Of a DNA stretch of 64,000 nt, positions 32,174-47,100 are shown piece after piece. Source of the DNA: Antedon mediterranea (taxonomy: Eukaryota; Animalia; Echinodermata); assembly GCF_964355755.1 (NCBI RefSeq), contig NC_092678.1, positions 21,779,365-21,843,364 of the forward strand, written 5' to 3'. Within the stretch, counting starts at the first letter, position 1. Each line of letters starts with the position of its first letter. The position numbers and the translations under genes are program-made. A model generated the notes under the pieces. It saw nothing but the letters and a program-made list of their open reading frames with translations. It was not told the origin of the DNA and searched no databases.

Positions 32174-35100
32174 CTAATAAAAGTAATCAGCATTCATTAG
32201 CATTGCTTTTTTCCAATACAGCTACAGGTTCAATACACATACCACATGTTGAACACCCTTCTAATTAAGTTAATAACTTTTCTAATTACCCATCCAAGAC
32301 CATGCTTTTAACACTCTCTCCTTTATTTCACCCACTTCAATATACTGACTCATTTGTTTCAATGTACATTACCTGATCCTTTAGTTCAGCCAGCTGCTTC
32401 GATAATGTCAGCACTAACTTGTTTGTCGTTTCAAGCTGTACATGTAAGTTACGCAGTTCATTTTGTTCATTTTCGCCCTCATCAGCAGCAAGAGACATTG
32501 CCCGCATACGTGGAAACCAGTCCAAATTCTTCTCCTTTATTAACAAAAAAAACCATTACCTCACAAACAATAAAAGCTATGAATTAAGGTATGCGGTATT
32601 GAGTGATGTCATTAGCAGTATATACCAATATCATGATTCGTAGCCAAGATTAACAACTTATATCCACCTACCAATACCAAACGTTTACCTTTATCATGTA
32701 GTGAACATAGCTCTCTGGTCCTGTGAATTCAGTTTCATCTTTCACGTTTACAAGGACTATAAAGTATAAATAGTGCCACATATTGTGTTCCTCCTTTTTA
32801 TGTTCCTCAAACGATACCTCTTTATTGTCAAATGAAGCTCTATCAAGACCTACCAACAAAAGTATTTGTATTCAATTACTACTTACAATGATTTACACCG
32901 CTCTACTCCCACACACCATACTCTAATCTACTCTCTACAACTCACCACATATAAAACATGTGTTCTTCAGCACCTCTTCTTTTGTTTGTTTCTCATTTCT
33001 CAAGTCAGCAAATGTGTCGATAATAACACCAAAAATGAGGTTGAGTACAATAATGATTACAATGAAGAAGAACAGCATATCATACACAACACGTGCTATA
33101 AAATGTTTCTGAAAAAAACAAGATCATTGATTATTTATGCTAAGTGTCATATGCCAAATGTTGCTGCCAGCCTCCTAAATGACAGACAGGATGTCTGGCA
33201 CCTGAACTCGGACGGCTTGCTACTGTACATGTACATACAGTCTGGCCACAAATCTCTACCAGCCTAGCAACAGACCTCTGGCAGCCTGCCATATTTTTAA
33301 CCACATGCATCTAACTATTAACAATAACATCATTAAATTCGTTCTTACAGTGCTTGAGGGTGCTAATAGAATATCCCCAATACCACCTCCATTGCGCAAT
33401 CCCTGGTTAACGGTTGTAATTATGCACATCAACAATGTTCCGCAGCTCTTCAGAGGTTCAATTTGTTTATTTTCTTCATCTATAAAGACATTATGTATAA
33501 CATCTTCTTAACATATTATTACTATACACTTAGACATTTATACTCAATTTTCTCTCTCAAAACACATTTAACATTGTGTGTGTTTAATGCCATATCATAC
33601 CCTCATATCCTCCCTCATTACTCTACTGCAGTTATTGATCTATTAAATTTCCTTCCATGTAATGCTTTCATATAGTTCCTATGTACAGTACTAGATTGTG
33701 AGGTTGACATTACAATGAACAAATTTATCCAAAAAGTCATCATTATAACCAAATTGTAATTACTGCAGTAGTAACATCATTGTCAAAAATGGTCACCAAA
33801 GAAACATGGTTTCAAATGCCAGGTTGAGATCACATACAATTTCAATCCAAGTTAATTAATAAGTAGTTTTCTATACTAATTATCTGTTGTACGTTTCCGA
33901 TTTTCATGTAATGTGTTATCAGTAGCAAAATAACACATGTATACCTGTACTTGTGTTGTGAATTGACATATTCCCCATAATATATTACTGCCATCATGTA
34001 ACTTATTCATGGAATTCATAGCTCTACAATTATTACCTTTCCTTCTGATCTCAACCTGTAAACAAATTACTATTTACCTGTGGTTATAGCCTTACGCATC
34101 CACATATAGTATGCATTTTTAACTCCCGTCCACACATAATTACAGTACAACATACATCGGAACAAACAGTATGGACACAACCTTAACAATTTACGCAAGT
34201 TGTCTACTTCATTCTAAATTCTAAATATGGCATGGTATAGAAGTATTCCAATACTGAACTGTTTGTGTCACCACCAATATGCAAATGCATGCAACGCTTT
34301 CAACTTCTTTATTTCTTCTACATCTCAGAAGATTTCTTTATCATGCATTTCCCCAAAATAAATTAATCTTTGTAAAAGAACATTATTTATGGAATGGAAG
34401 CACTTTTTACCTGGAGTAGTGGTGCCTGGTAAGGTGATGTTAGAGCAGTTGCCGGCCGAACAATAGCCTTCTTCAACTACAATGGATGGAGTGAAAAGGC
34501 ATGGTATAAAAAGCAAAGTGAGAAAGAAAAGCAACAAGTATTAATTGCCATATTTGGCGTAGTATTATACCCATTGATCCAGGCTAAACTGTTAAGCCTT
34601 GTCTACACTATCAAACTTTATGTGACAAAACGAATGTCTTGTGCCCATATAATATGATCATGATTATGTCATATCATTACCATATTTGGCCATATCACTA
34701 CCATATTTGGCCACATCACATTTACCTTGTCAAACTAGTTTGATAGTGTATATAGAGCTGGTAATTGTATCTTTTGTTTATCTTTTCAAATTGGTTGTTT
34801 CAGTCTCATATTTCACAATATTAGACAATCTTATACTCAGATCAAACATAGTTTCACTTGGATGGGAGTATTTAGGTATGGAGTATACTACTTGGTCAAG
34901 TATGCCAATTCAAATACAATGGAAAACAAGAAAATTATATTAATAACTACAAAACAATAGATATATTAGTGAGCTTCAATATAAAAAATGATAGGTAGCA
35001 AAGTATCAATATTCTAATAATTATATTACTTTAAATGATTGAACACAGTAGCTATGCTCAAATTACCCTCACATACTATCTATTTAACTAAATCCTTCAC

Positions 35101-38100
35101 CTACATTACCTAAACAATGCCTGACATACTATTTTGACCAAGACATAGCTATGTCTGTCTTTCTTATCTCACAAAAAAAGCTACAGCAAAATATGATGGT
35201 TGGTGTCCCTCTCCAACTATCCTTTCATCAAAATGTCAATACCTTCTATTTAATCTTTAACATTTTTATGACTTTAGTGTTACCAAACCATCACAGTGTT
35301 CCACTGTTAAACTACAGCACACACCAATTAAAATTGACATCTACAAATTCTACTTTGCATCGTGCAAGACATTTTGATATCCAAATGTGATACAAAATGA
35401 TCATACAAGTTTCATCATGTTTGCAATTACCACAAACAAAGCCTGCATGAAGTAGCATACAATATAACACATAGAGAAATATGTTACAACCACTCATGAC
35501 TAACATTTATGACTTCTACATAACTCACATTCTTACAAATAACCTTCTTATATTTCAAATACAGTCATAATGTGCTCATTTTTCTACATTTATAAATAAT
35601 GTATGAAATAGGTGTAATGGTTATCATTCTAGAACATTAAAATAATTTGTGATTCTGTTCACATTAATATTTATGTAACTTCTAATGATGAAATGCAATT
35701 TATCTATAAAGAGGGCTTATACAGGTCCTAGTCCTGTTTACTGCACTATACAATCCGAATACTAATACTAATCCTATGTACACATTGACTCCTTATAGAC
35801 GACTCTACTTTAATATATTCTCCACTAGTATTACCAATAAAGGGACCACGTACAAATAATTCTCCTGCAGTTACTGCAGTAACTAAGTTTTGTTTCAACT
35901 TCTTTTACAGAATCATAATACACTGTAGTCTACAATTTATCCATCGACGCAAATCACAATCATATATTGTTGCATGTTACATTGTACTTTCTGCAGCAAC
36001 TGCACGAGAAACATTTCTACACGATCCAATCTATTTCTATTTTGCAACTATATTAACAACAACTTAAACTAATAATAATTGTGTGAAGATTTATAATACC
36101 TTTAGGAGGAAAGCTGGATGGTTTTGCCACGGAAACATTAACAACAGGGGTGGAAGAAGCTGCATCAGTGAATTTAATAGCTATATCTAGTGGATGAAGG
36201 TGACGTAAAGTACAAAAATAAAAATGATAAATTACATGGAAACCAAATATAAGACAGTGTTTAATGGGGATTGGCTGGTAGTGTATGTTTGCTTGGTTAC
36301 GAAATGTTATAAGACCTTGGTTCCCATTGGACGCAACACAACGGCTTAGGCACAATACAACTGAGTTGACCAATCACACACAGCACTTCAAATGATCTAT
36401 TGTGTGTCATTGGTCAAATTACTTGCGGTGGCCCTACAAACTTATATCTTTTGACTTTGCTTCAAACTAAAATTCTTATTTGTAGACCTTTTTTTTGCAT
36501 TTTTGCAGGCCTCTACTAATACATTACGTCTGCGGTAAAAACCAAATGGATCTCATTTTTAAATTTCGTAAAATATACAATGCAAATAGTAAAAATATCT
36601 CGTATAAAATAAATTCCTATGAATGTTAATAGTCAGAAAATCTATAGAAACCCAAAACCAATCCAATCTAGTATTTTCCCGACCTTACGCAGTCAACTGA
36701 TCGATTAGGTAATTGCATTGGGTGATAATTTATATGCGATATCTGCACGTGTAAATGGATTTTACACTGGATTTAAATCTCAAACCCCACGGCAATGTGT
36801 TTTATCTCTTAAAATTTGCAACTTAATAACAAATTACAAAACAACGCGAAGTAATGAGGCAAACGAATTTCAGATTTCCACCTAACATTTGACAATTTCA
36901 ATAATTGGATTTTGTTGGGTTTTTTCTTTTTATGTATTGTATATTCAGATAAAACCTTTTCCCTCTTTCCATTCACAAAATCATATAACATAAATGATTT
37001 ATAGATGAAAGTTAATGTACACCAATAACAACTACACTCAAACACTTTCCAAAAAAATACAATTAATCTAATGTTGTTAATTCATGAAATGATTAAATTG
37101 CCTAAATAGAAAGTGTCATATTTATATAAAGTGCTTGAAATTGAAATTTAAAAAAAATGTTAATAACAAATAAAAATTACTTTTTAAAATTTGGTGTAAG
37201 CAATTACAAATTACAATGAAACAGCAAATGAATTTGTATTATAAACACTTGGTTCCCACTAGGACGCAAGCAAGAGCAACGCAATCAAGCTGACCAATCA
37301 CAAGCGATGTATTATACGTACACTTGTCATTCATCACCTCCATTAATTTCTGCTTCTATCTTCACATTGCGCCCTAATGGCATCCAAGTTTCAGAACGTA
37401 CCTCTCACACGGACATGCTGTTCAACTTTGAATCATTACAAATAAATAATTCATTTAAATCACTTTTCAACTTACCCGGTTCAATCGGTTCCACAGGGAA
37501 ATCATCCTGGAAAAACAGGAATCCCACGATGGAAAAGAGGTACACCAGAATTAACGCCAGCACGCCGGTCAAAATTATGGACCGACCATTCCGAGTGACC
37601 GATCTGATGACGTTTAGTAGAGTCTCCTCTTGTCGCACTACATCTAGGAGCTAAAAATAAAATGTATAGATTTCATACAAGTTCAATCCAAAATAATGCA
37701 CAATAAAGAATCAGACTTGTGTGTCGGATGGCAGAGCTAACCTGAATATTTATTGTTGTGGTGTACCTGACAGATATGGGAATAAGAAAGAATCAAATAT
37801 TGTGGTGATTTAATCAACAGGTGGATTTATTACAAGACTCTGCCGCCAATACAAATTACTGTGGTTGGCTACAGAGGTATGATGTTAGCCTACACACTAT
37901 TTTAATCAATATCAGTATTATTTTCAATGTTAATTCAGGTTTAAGTAGGATGTTTATTCTTCAAAAACCAGTATCCCACTGGGCAAAGTACAATACAGAA
38001 AGTATGGCGATAACAAATCTAACTTCATTTTCTACCAAGATGACTACAAGGATATTGTTACACCGATCCTTTAAACCAAAGTAATGACATTTAATAGTAT

Positions 38101-41100
38101 TACTGTATGATATGAAAAGACTATCCAAGCGTAATGTCATAAAATTAAGCTATATAGATATGGCATTAAATGTCATGATTTATTACATCATTTTGTGCCT
38201 TTACTCCTGACAAAAGTACACGTTAAAACGTCTAACCTCCTGCAAATAATAACATATTTTTCTGATAAATGATTCTATTTTTAGCCACAAACATAATCTA
38301 CCTATCCATGTATAATCACTGTAAATGTCAACTCTTATATATTGGTTGACAGTTGTATCTATTCTATCTATCTATCTTTATATACTTGTCATTTACCAAT
38401 TATACGACCCCGGGAAAGGTGTCACTTGTTCTGATGTCCGTCGTACTTAAGAATACCATGACGCATCCATTTTGACAATGTAGTTCATGACATGGTGGGT
38501 GGTAAAGTGATGCACATTGACACACCATTGCATTGATGTAACATACCATTGAGCACCCATGCGTCAATTTTGTTGTGACGTACCTTTTCACACCCTTGTG
38601 TCAATAATTATAGGTAGTATCCATGATGCACCTATCCCGGGGGTTGTATAGTGGGTCATACAATTGACAAGTGCATTAATTGTACTACCCATAAGGAACA
38701 ACATCCACATGGCCGACATTTTTATTTCCGTTATTCAGAAATACATTAAAACCTGTTTAACCATTAATGAGTGAATTCTACAATTTGTTACATTTACGCA
38801 CCACTATCATTTTCTAACTACATACATTTCCTGCTTACATATTTATAACTTTGTATTCACTGGAAATTAAGTAGTTCCAGACCTAAATCTGTAACTAAAC
38901 TAACATTTGCCACAATTCAAAGACTACATTAGCATTTTAATGAATAACTTATACATACATACTACACAAAACCTATAATTTCATACTTCTATAACCTAAC
39001 CTATTTCTACGAACAAAAGAGTAATGACACTGTATTACCTACAATATTCTATACACCACTCTACTATATATAGCATAAATCAACCCATTAATTTAATGAG
39101 AATATATTTATATCACTCTTTTTTGTAGATCAATGGTTTAATAAAGTGATTTCAATAGCCGTACTTAGCCAGATGTAGTTTACAATGAGCAACATATAAA
39201 TATAAATTTATGTGCATGTTCCAGTTACTTAACTCAAATGAGAAACTAAGCCGTCTTCATCAATTAAATGTAAATGGAGTTATATAGATTGTTAATGCAA
39301 ATACCCTGACGAGGCCTTTTCACTCTAACACTCTGTATGAATACACATAACAGTGTTTATATAACACCTATATAAATTCCTGTCATTTGATTGGACGAAT
39401 GTGGGTCACATGGCGTGCAATAGTACGCACTATTCAACGATCGTTAAATAGTACTTTTTGAAACATTTTTGTGTACGGAAAAAAAACGTCTAGATGTTAT
39501 ATAAAACAAATAATGAATGTTTTGTATTCGTGTAATGGTACAAATAATGGCACTTGGTGAATGATGAAAGGTTATATCAACTCGGCTTTGCCTCGTTGAT
39601 ATAACCTTTCATCATTCACCTCGTGCCATTATTTGTACCATTGCACTCATAAACATTCATTATTTGTATAATATTTAATCCAGGAGGACAACTGTACATA
39701 ACACTTCCTTTGGGACACCTCCATTTAACGGACAACACTATTTAAGGGACAGCCCCATTAAGGATATACTTACCTGTGACATGGACTATATATGAAATAC
39801 TAAATAAAAGTGCCAAAGGTATTACCTATATAGGAGTTTTACTGCAACTGGTGCATTATTCTTTTTATTGATTGCAATATATATTTACACTGGGTAACCA
39901 CTTCAGTCAAAGACTGGTCTCCCAGAGGGCCCAGTAATGATCAGTGGCTGTCGTGTACTAATACACCGGGCTAACCCCCTATTCGTCTCAAAAGATGTAC
40001 TAGGTTCTTTAAAGTGCACACGAGCTAGATGTGTACACTGGACCTACGGTTTATAGTCCTTATCCGAGAAGACTCGTTCTACCACCAGAACCATGGAGTG
40101 AGTGACCCTCGAACCCCTGCCGATGTTATGGCTATGTAATTACGGTTCCACTCACACAAATAAATAACAACACCTAACTGATTGTTTCAACACTGCAACC
40201 AACTTGTCCTCAAGGTACTCCCTTATAAAAGGAAGTTTTTTTTATAGTAGTTTCACACTAACTGGTTAAGTGTTGCTAAACTAAATAACACATAATTGAT
40301 TACTTGTCACACCATTGAAAAAACAATACACATTACTTTAACTTACCAAAAAACTATAAATATATTCCTCTGAGCAAATTCCTCCAAAACAGAAGGCTAG
40401 AAATAGGAAATGATACAGGATACTGGAGTCAGTGAATACACTCAGCATTCCACGATTACCTAGGCCTCTATTGCCGAGAAGACTTACTATAAAAATACAC
40501 TTTATGACAACCTGAAATAATACAAAAAGAATTGGAATACAATTAATATCAATAAAAAACCAAACACGTTACCCACTACACTACAACTTCAACTACAATG
40601 GATGCATTGTGATGCACGATTTTAAATGTCTACACCTTCATTCAATGACATTATGATTTATTCTGTACTCATAGGTGAGGAGACAGCTTTGAACCGAACA
40701 CTTTGAGTTTAGTAAGCAAGCACGTTGTCACCAAGCTACCATGCCCGAACATTTCTTTACATTTCACCAATAAACGAGGGTCTCTTCAGGTCATCACTGC
40801 TGTAGTACAGCTATTACAGCTACCCTCTTTAAATAAGGTTGAATAAATAAGTAAACATTCTTCTAAAATAACTACCATCTTCAAATGAAAAGACACTAAT
40901 TTGTACAGTAGGTATCTGTACCTCTTAGCTGGTAGTGCATCAGTTTTTTTAATAACAGTATGTCAGTCAACTTTAAGAAAAACTTGACTTCCAAAATACC
41001 CTGGGAAAGTTTTCTTTTGCAACACAGTCCAGTGACAATTATCAATTGATCTTTCATATACGTGAAGAAATAAGTCATTTGTCTATGCCACAAAATTAAT

Positions 41101-44100
41101 TAACGTGGTATTAATTCTCCTACCCTTAGGAAAATAAGCCTCACTACTTCCCAGAAGGAGGTCAAAGCACTAATTTGTAAATGTAACAAATCGCCTGAAA
41201 TCTCCCAGGAACAGACAATTGACATATTAATATACATTGAGATTGTTTTCTCACATATTTACTGCTTCATTTTGAAATAGATGCTGGGATGTTATATACA
41301 GTGACATCTAAAACAACTAGCCTAGTATTAAATGACTAGTGGACTGCTAAATTATGTATACTAAGGAAATGGTTTCTTAATAGGAATAACATGGAAAAAA
41401 TAAACACTTTATGAATATACAATATCTTAATTTAACTCGTCTTAGTCGAGCAGGATAGGTAGCAGTACGCCTACTAATGTGCATGAATTCGTTACAACTA
41501 TTGAAGTCAGTGTCTACCAGTCCTACTAATGTGCATGAATTTGTTATAACTATTGAAGTCAGTGTCTACCAGTTTGCAACTTCTGAAATGCGTTAACTTA
41601 AGACATAAGTTATGAGTACAATTTCTTCCTCATTTCCTCTATTCATTCATGTGAAGCAAATGGTGGATGAGGACCGAGTGCATGTCTCATTGCAATTTTG
41701 TAACACTTCTGTATTATTATTTCTTATAAAAAAGTTTTTCTTCGTATGCTTTATTATTTTCATTTCATACGCATCCAACAGTGAGCACAGACTCGTTAAT
41801 TACAGGAAGGAAAAACTATTTTATAATTTATCATGTTCATATAAACCAAGTCTTATTTGAGGCTTAGGGAGTGGGGTTTTAAGAGTTGTGACTCACAAAC
41901 CTGGCACTAGGTCAGACCCTTGGAAGTCAAGCATGTTAACCATCAAGCAACAGCTCCACTATTTCTAACCACATATTTGTACTATATTAATTTTTGGCGA
42001 TTCAATACTCCTATTCTTGTGCATCACAAGTTAAGAAAATCATCTCAGAAGATGTGTTTAAAATAATACAAACAACTTACATTTACTAAACCAAGGAGAA
42101 CAAGCGTTGATGAGATATCCACCGAGTAAATCATGCGGAACACAGTGGATATAATTAGCATACGATAGCCAGATGGAGTTGGTAGCATTACCACAGAGAG
42201 TAGAGATACAAACATTGCAATCCACACTAAGCCAGATAGCTTAGGATCCAATTCTGTAAAATATTATAAACACATTCAAATATATTTATACTCAAAACTC
42301 TATCAAATCTTACTAAAACATATTTTAATTCAGATTTCTTGCTTTTATGACCTGAAAGTTTTTGAAACTCGCTATTCTGTTTTCTAAAGATACATTTTTG
42401 CAATTTGAAATTATTTCATTTTGGGCATACCTACAAACAACAACAAATAGTACAATTTGTCACTGTAATAACATATAGATCCAAACAAAAATTACTCACA
42501 ACAACAACAATTCGGTATCACTGGCTGGAGAAACAGTAACAAAAAAACCGCCAAGCTAATATATGTATATATATATACACATCAGGCAAACAACATTTAA
42601 CATATAAACACATATACGTACACAAGATGCTCTACATCAACAAAGTCTTACTACAGGTCTTTGTGTGTGTGTCAATTATTCTCTTATAATCGCAATATTT
42701 ATTATGAATTTTTCTCACCTCCAGTTCCTTTTTCAAATGGATAGAAGAACGCAACAAGTAAATTGATTAGCACAGCCAGGTTCAATGAAATCTTCTTCCA
42801 TAGTGAAATATGCCGACTTGTCCAGTACAAGAGCGAACGACCTGTGTAAAATATTAAAATATTTTTACATCATTGGACGATATAACATGAAATTACATGA
42901 AAATATGAATAATCACATGAAATTCCATTTAGGTGTACTCCAACAGTGATATAATATATCGTGCAAGACATTGACACACTGCACTCCTCAATTTTAATAA
43001 TGTCATGTCATTTTCATTACCAACAATGACAGTTCCAATTGTTGTAACTTGACAGGCCCATCAAGATACCAGAGCATGCTGTAATTTATCTTCAATACAT
43101 TATAAACCCTATTTAGGACACTTCTATTCAGGGACAATGAGTAAATATGTTATAACACTAAATGTCCTACCCCTATTCACAACATACACTATTATAACAA
43201 CACTTTCTTGTGAAATGAACAAAGGAACAATATGTTACAACACTAATGGCCAACCTCTATTCACAACATACCCTATATTTTATTAAGAGGACACTTTCCT
43301 GTAAAGGGTTAAATATGTTTGAATATGTATGAACAATCAGGGCACACAACTATTAAGAGGACAAATTGTCCAGTCTAAAAGGTGTCCCTTTAATGGAGTT
43401 CTACTGTATTAAAGCATACAGATATTTATAATATTTAAACTATTTATAATATCTCTATGATTAAAGTAAAAGGTAACATTATTAACAATTTAGAAGTCGG
43501 ATTCAAACTCACTGCAACAGCTTACATTGTTACAGCACACTTTTTAATATAGTACACTTTTAAGTATGAAATCAGCAATATAAGTGAATTCAACTAATGT
43601 TTTACAAGTATTCTACATGTATATTTGAAAAAATCTAAAAAATTCATTACTTGTCAACCTGCAGTTGAAACACAATAAACATTATATCCGATTTACAGAA
43701 GTAGGACGCATGATTCAGAAATATCAAACGACATACAAACTAATACACAGGCTACAAAACCAGACAAAGACGTACTGTATCGAAATGGAATGTTAATAAA
43801 AAAAGTATTAAGTATGATTTAAATGTAATACATGTACAGCATCAGAAAGCCACTAAGACAGTGTACAAGATAATAGCAATCACTTATGGATTCAGACACC
43901 AGCTGCAGACAACAAAATACTAATATCCGAATTGTGGACAGTATTAAGTACGGATTAACATAAATACATGAATCAAAAGACACTAAAGAATGTATTAGTG
44001 TCTGAGAGATTGCAAATCCACAAGATTTCAACAAGTTGAGCACAACATAATGTTAATATGGAAATGATTGAAATTGAATTCCTTCAACTAAAATCAATCA

Positions 44101-47100
44101 AAGGATGACTTTATATAATGTATAATTCACACTGTTATTCTTAACAAGCTGGAAAATTATTCAATATCAAGATGGTAAAAGATAAATTGCAACTCTTAAT
44201 TGAATGCATTCCCTTATGACGTGTTACAGGCATTGATGCATGATGCCAAAATATTTGTCTATAAAGCTCTGTCCACACTATCAAATTAGTTTTACTAAAT
44301 AGTGATATAGTGTACACAGAGCTTTAGTTACAGCTTTGTTCACTTAGACGCAATGCAAGGATAACTATAGTTCACATGATCTTGTCTTGCATATTCCTCA
44401 ATGTAATAATTTATTTTTACATTCAAAATTTATTGTACTTTTATGCATAATACTATGGGTAAGTAGTCAAATTGAAAAGCAGTGATGCCGAACTTGACAG
44501 ACTACTGGGAATGCATTGAATTATTACAAAGATAATGACAACAGCATAATAATTCTTTCAACTTTCCTCATTATCAGAGAGGCACTAATGATAAAATATC
44601 ACATTCATGACGTTGGCCAACTAACGATGCACGAATAATTTACAGTTAAACATAATAAAAAAACGATTACTTCTCAGTTTCTTTTGCCATTTCATCTCCA
44701 TTAACATGTCTTCTGAGCGTTCAAAAAAGTCGGAAACTTTACTCCCCTGCTCGTCACGCTCCGCTGAGTAATACAGATTCTCCCTCGTCTCTCGAGTTAA
44801 GTACTCGCAAAGTGGCGGCACAGGGAAAACGATACGCTCCATCGTTCTGTCCTTGCGAACAAGTTCAATTTGCGCGGTGTTTTCTGCATAATATTTGAGA
44901 GCTTTGTGATCATCAAGATTGGTTGGTTTAAGTAGTTGTCCAAGTTCTTTGTTATGTTGAGAAAGCTAAACAAACAATTTCAGTTAATTTATCTACAATT
45001 TTTACTTCATTTATATATCTTTGTTTGTCTACTTAATTACTCTTAACTTGAACAACAACTTTTAAAAAATCACCAGTAGGTTGGAAATGAACTGAAAAAT
45101 AAAAAAGTGCATGTTGGCCAACTGTGCATAGCTTATCTATCTGTATGGTGACCATGCGTTTCCCTGTTCCTAGTTCCCTGTACATAAAAGATTAAACAGT
45201 CGACCTTGCCAATACAAAAGAATAAAATACACAGACAACTAATGTTGGTTGTATAGACACCATAAGAATTTGTAATAATTAATATCATCTTTTCACCTTT
45301 GTGCAATTCTTATAGTAATTTTAATTTTAAATGAATTATACAGTAATTAATTACTGTATCATAGGCCTTCAATGTGTTTATTCTTTGTTTAACTTTGTTG
45401 TATGTTAATTATCATTTTCCTACATAAACTCTTCATTTCAACTATGAGTTGTATTTTGCGTCTTTTTTACCGATTAAATAAAAAAAAAAAATAAATAATA
45501 CAAAATTTACAATGTCAAATTGACCATGTCCATAGAAAATACCTATGTACAAAGATAGTCGACCATGCCCTATAGAAAACCTTTATCTAAGGTGGAGTGC
45601 CTCATCCAGCTTAACGAGTGGACAAATGCAAAAGGTATCATACCTGATGAGCTAGAATATAGATATTATGACCAACTCTTCTGGGTGACGTTCCCTCTTC
45701 TACTGGTGCTAACCTGATCCCATCTTCATCTACCTCCGTGTTCTGCTGCAACTCTTGTTGATACACTTGCTTTATCACATCCACCTGCAGGATACAAAGG
45801 TCATAGGTCAACACATTTCTAACAACACAATTTCAGGATGTATTTAAACAAATTTAACTACAATTCTATATATTGTTACCAGTTGTTTTGGCGTCATGTT
45901 GTACAAGATTCTCTCAGCGTTTTCACTATCGTGTCTGCTCTCCATTATTGCTAGTAACAGTTTTGATGCATTGTTCTATAAAAAGAAAATTATACACAAT
46001 AGTTCTTAAAAATGTGTGCTTTCTGTTGCATAACAGTTTAATATAACATAATGCACAGTCAATTATTTGTGCACAAAGTGCTTCTTGTTGCATAACTGTT
46101 CAATTTATTTACAACATAATGCACAGTCAATTATTTGTGCTCAAAATTCTGAGCATGTTACTTACTTTCAGCTGCATTACAAGATCCATACGATGTCTAC
46201 TCAGTGGAATGATGTCATTCAGAATCAACGCGATAATAATATCAATACCGTTTGATTCGTGCATTGCTATTGCATTCTGGGAAAACAAAAAGTTATGTTA
46301 AACAACTTTTTACAATTTATTTCGAAATAAAATAATTATATCGCACAAAGTTGCCAAGCAGTTATGGCAGGGGTGGCGCAAATCCTAGCCATAAAATAGA
46401 CACAGGTTCAAGTCTCTTCTTGACTGTAGTTCTGACGGCAGAACAGGTCTTCTCATGCATTAAGAAGAACAGCTAGTTTTCAAGAACCCAGTGTAACTTT
46501 TTGAAGACTACGGGGACACCATAGTGTACAGGTCAATCTCATCCTGTGCAGTTAAGGACAGAAGATTGAGTGCCATTTGGTTGCAGCTTGACACAAAGGA
46601 CTAGGAGATGACAGTTTATACTTTTTTTAGAAGGTTCTACTAGTGCATTAATCCATTACCTGATTTTCATGGCAAGGGCCTTGACAATATTCTGTAAGGC
46701 TCTCCAATGTTTGGTTAATGAGGGCGACATTGTGTTCATTTATGTACAATCCCAGAAGCCCTAAACCACCAGTAGTGCTACCACAGATACAGTCAAGAAA
46801 CTGCAACGTTTCACACACAAGATTGTAGTTGTTCTTATTGGACTGATTGCGTAGATAATTCTGGAAAAAGAGAGAAAAATAAAAAATAATTAATCACGCC
46901 AAAGACAATACTTGCTTCATTTCACTAATTTTCCTTTTAGAAAAACTACAAATTAAACTAACCTACAGCAAATTCTGAAATAAAATTGAGTTTTTTATTA
47001 CATGGCATGACAAAGTTTCTGTACATATGGAAACTACGGCATACTACAGCATACTATAGTACACTAGAATCCCATTTTTGGCACGCATCCATTTAATTTA

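Noticed and set aside
32866-33511. Plus-strand ORFs opposite ITPR exons (also 37307-37654, 47484-47747, 53894-54175)
   Set aside because: Antisense shadows of coding exons or MITE sequence.
34037-34055. 19-nt AG/GT-flanked microexon in the luminal-loop intron
   Set aside because: Not a multiple of 3, and it gives an immediate TGA in the required phase.
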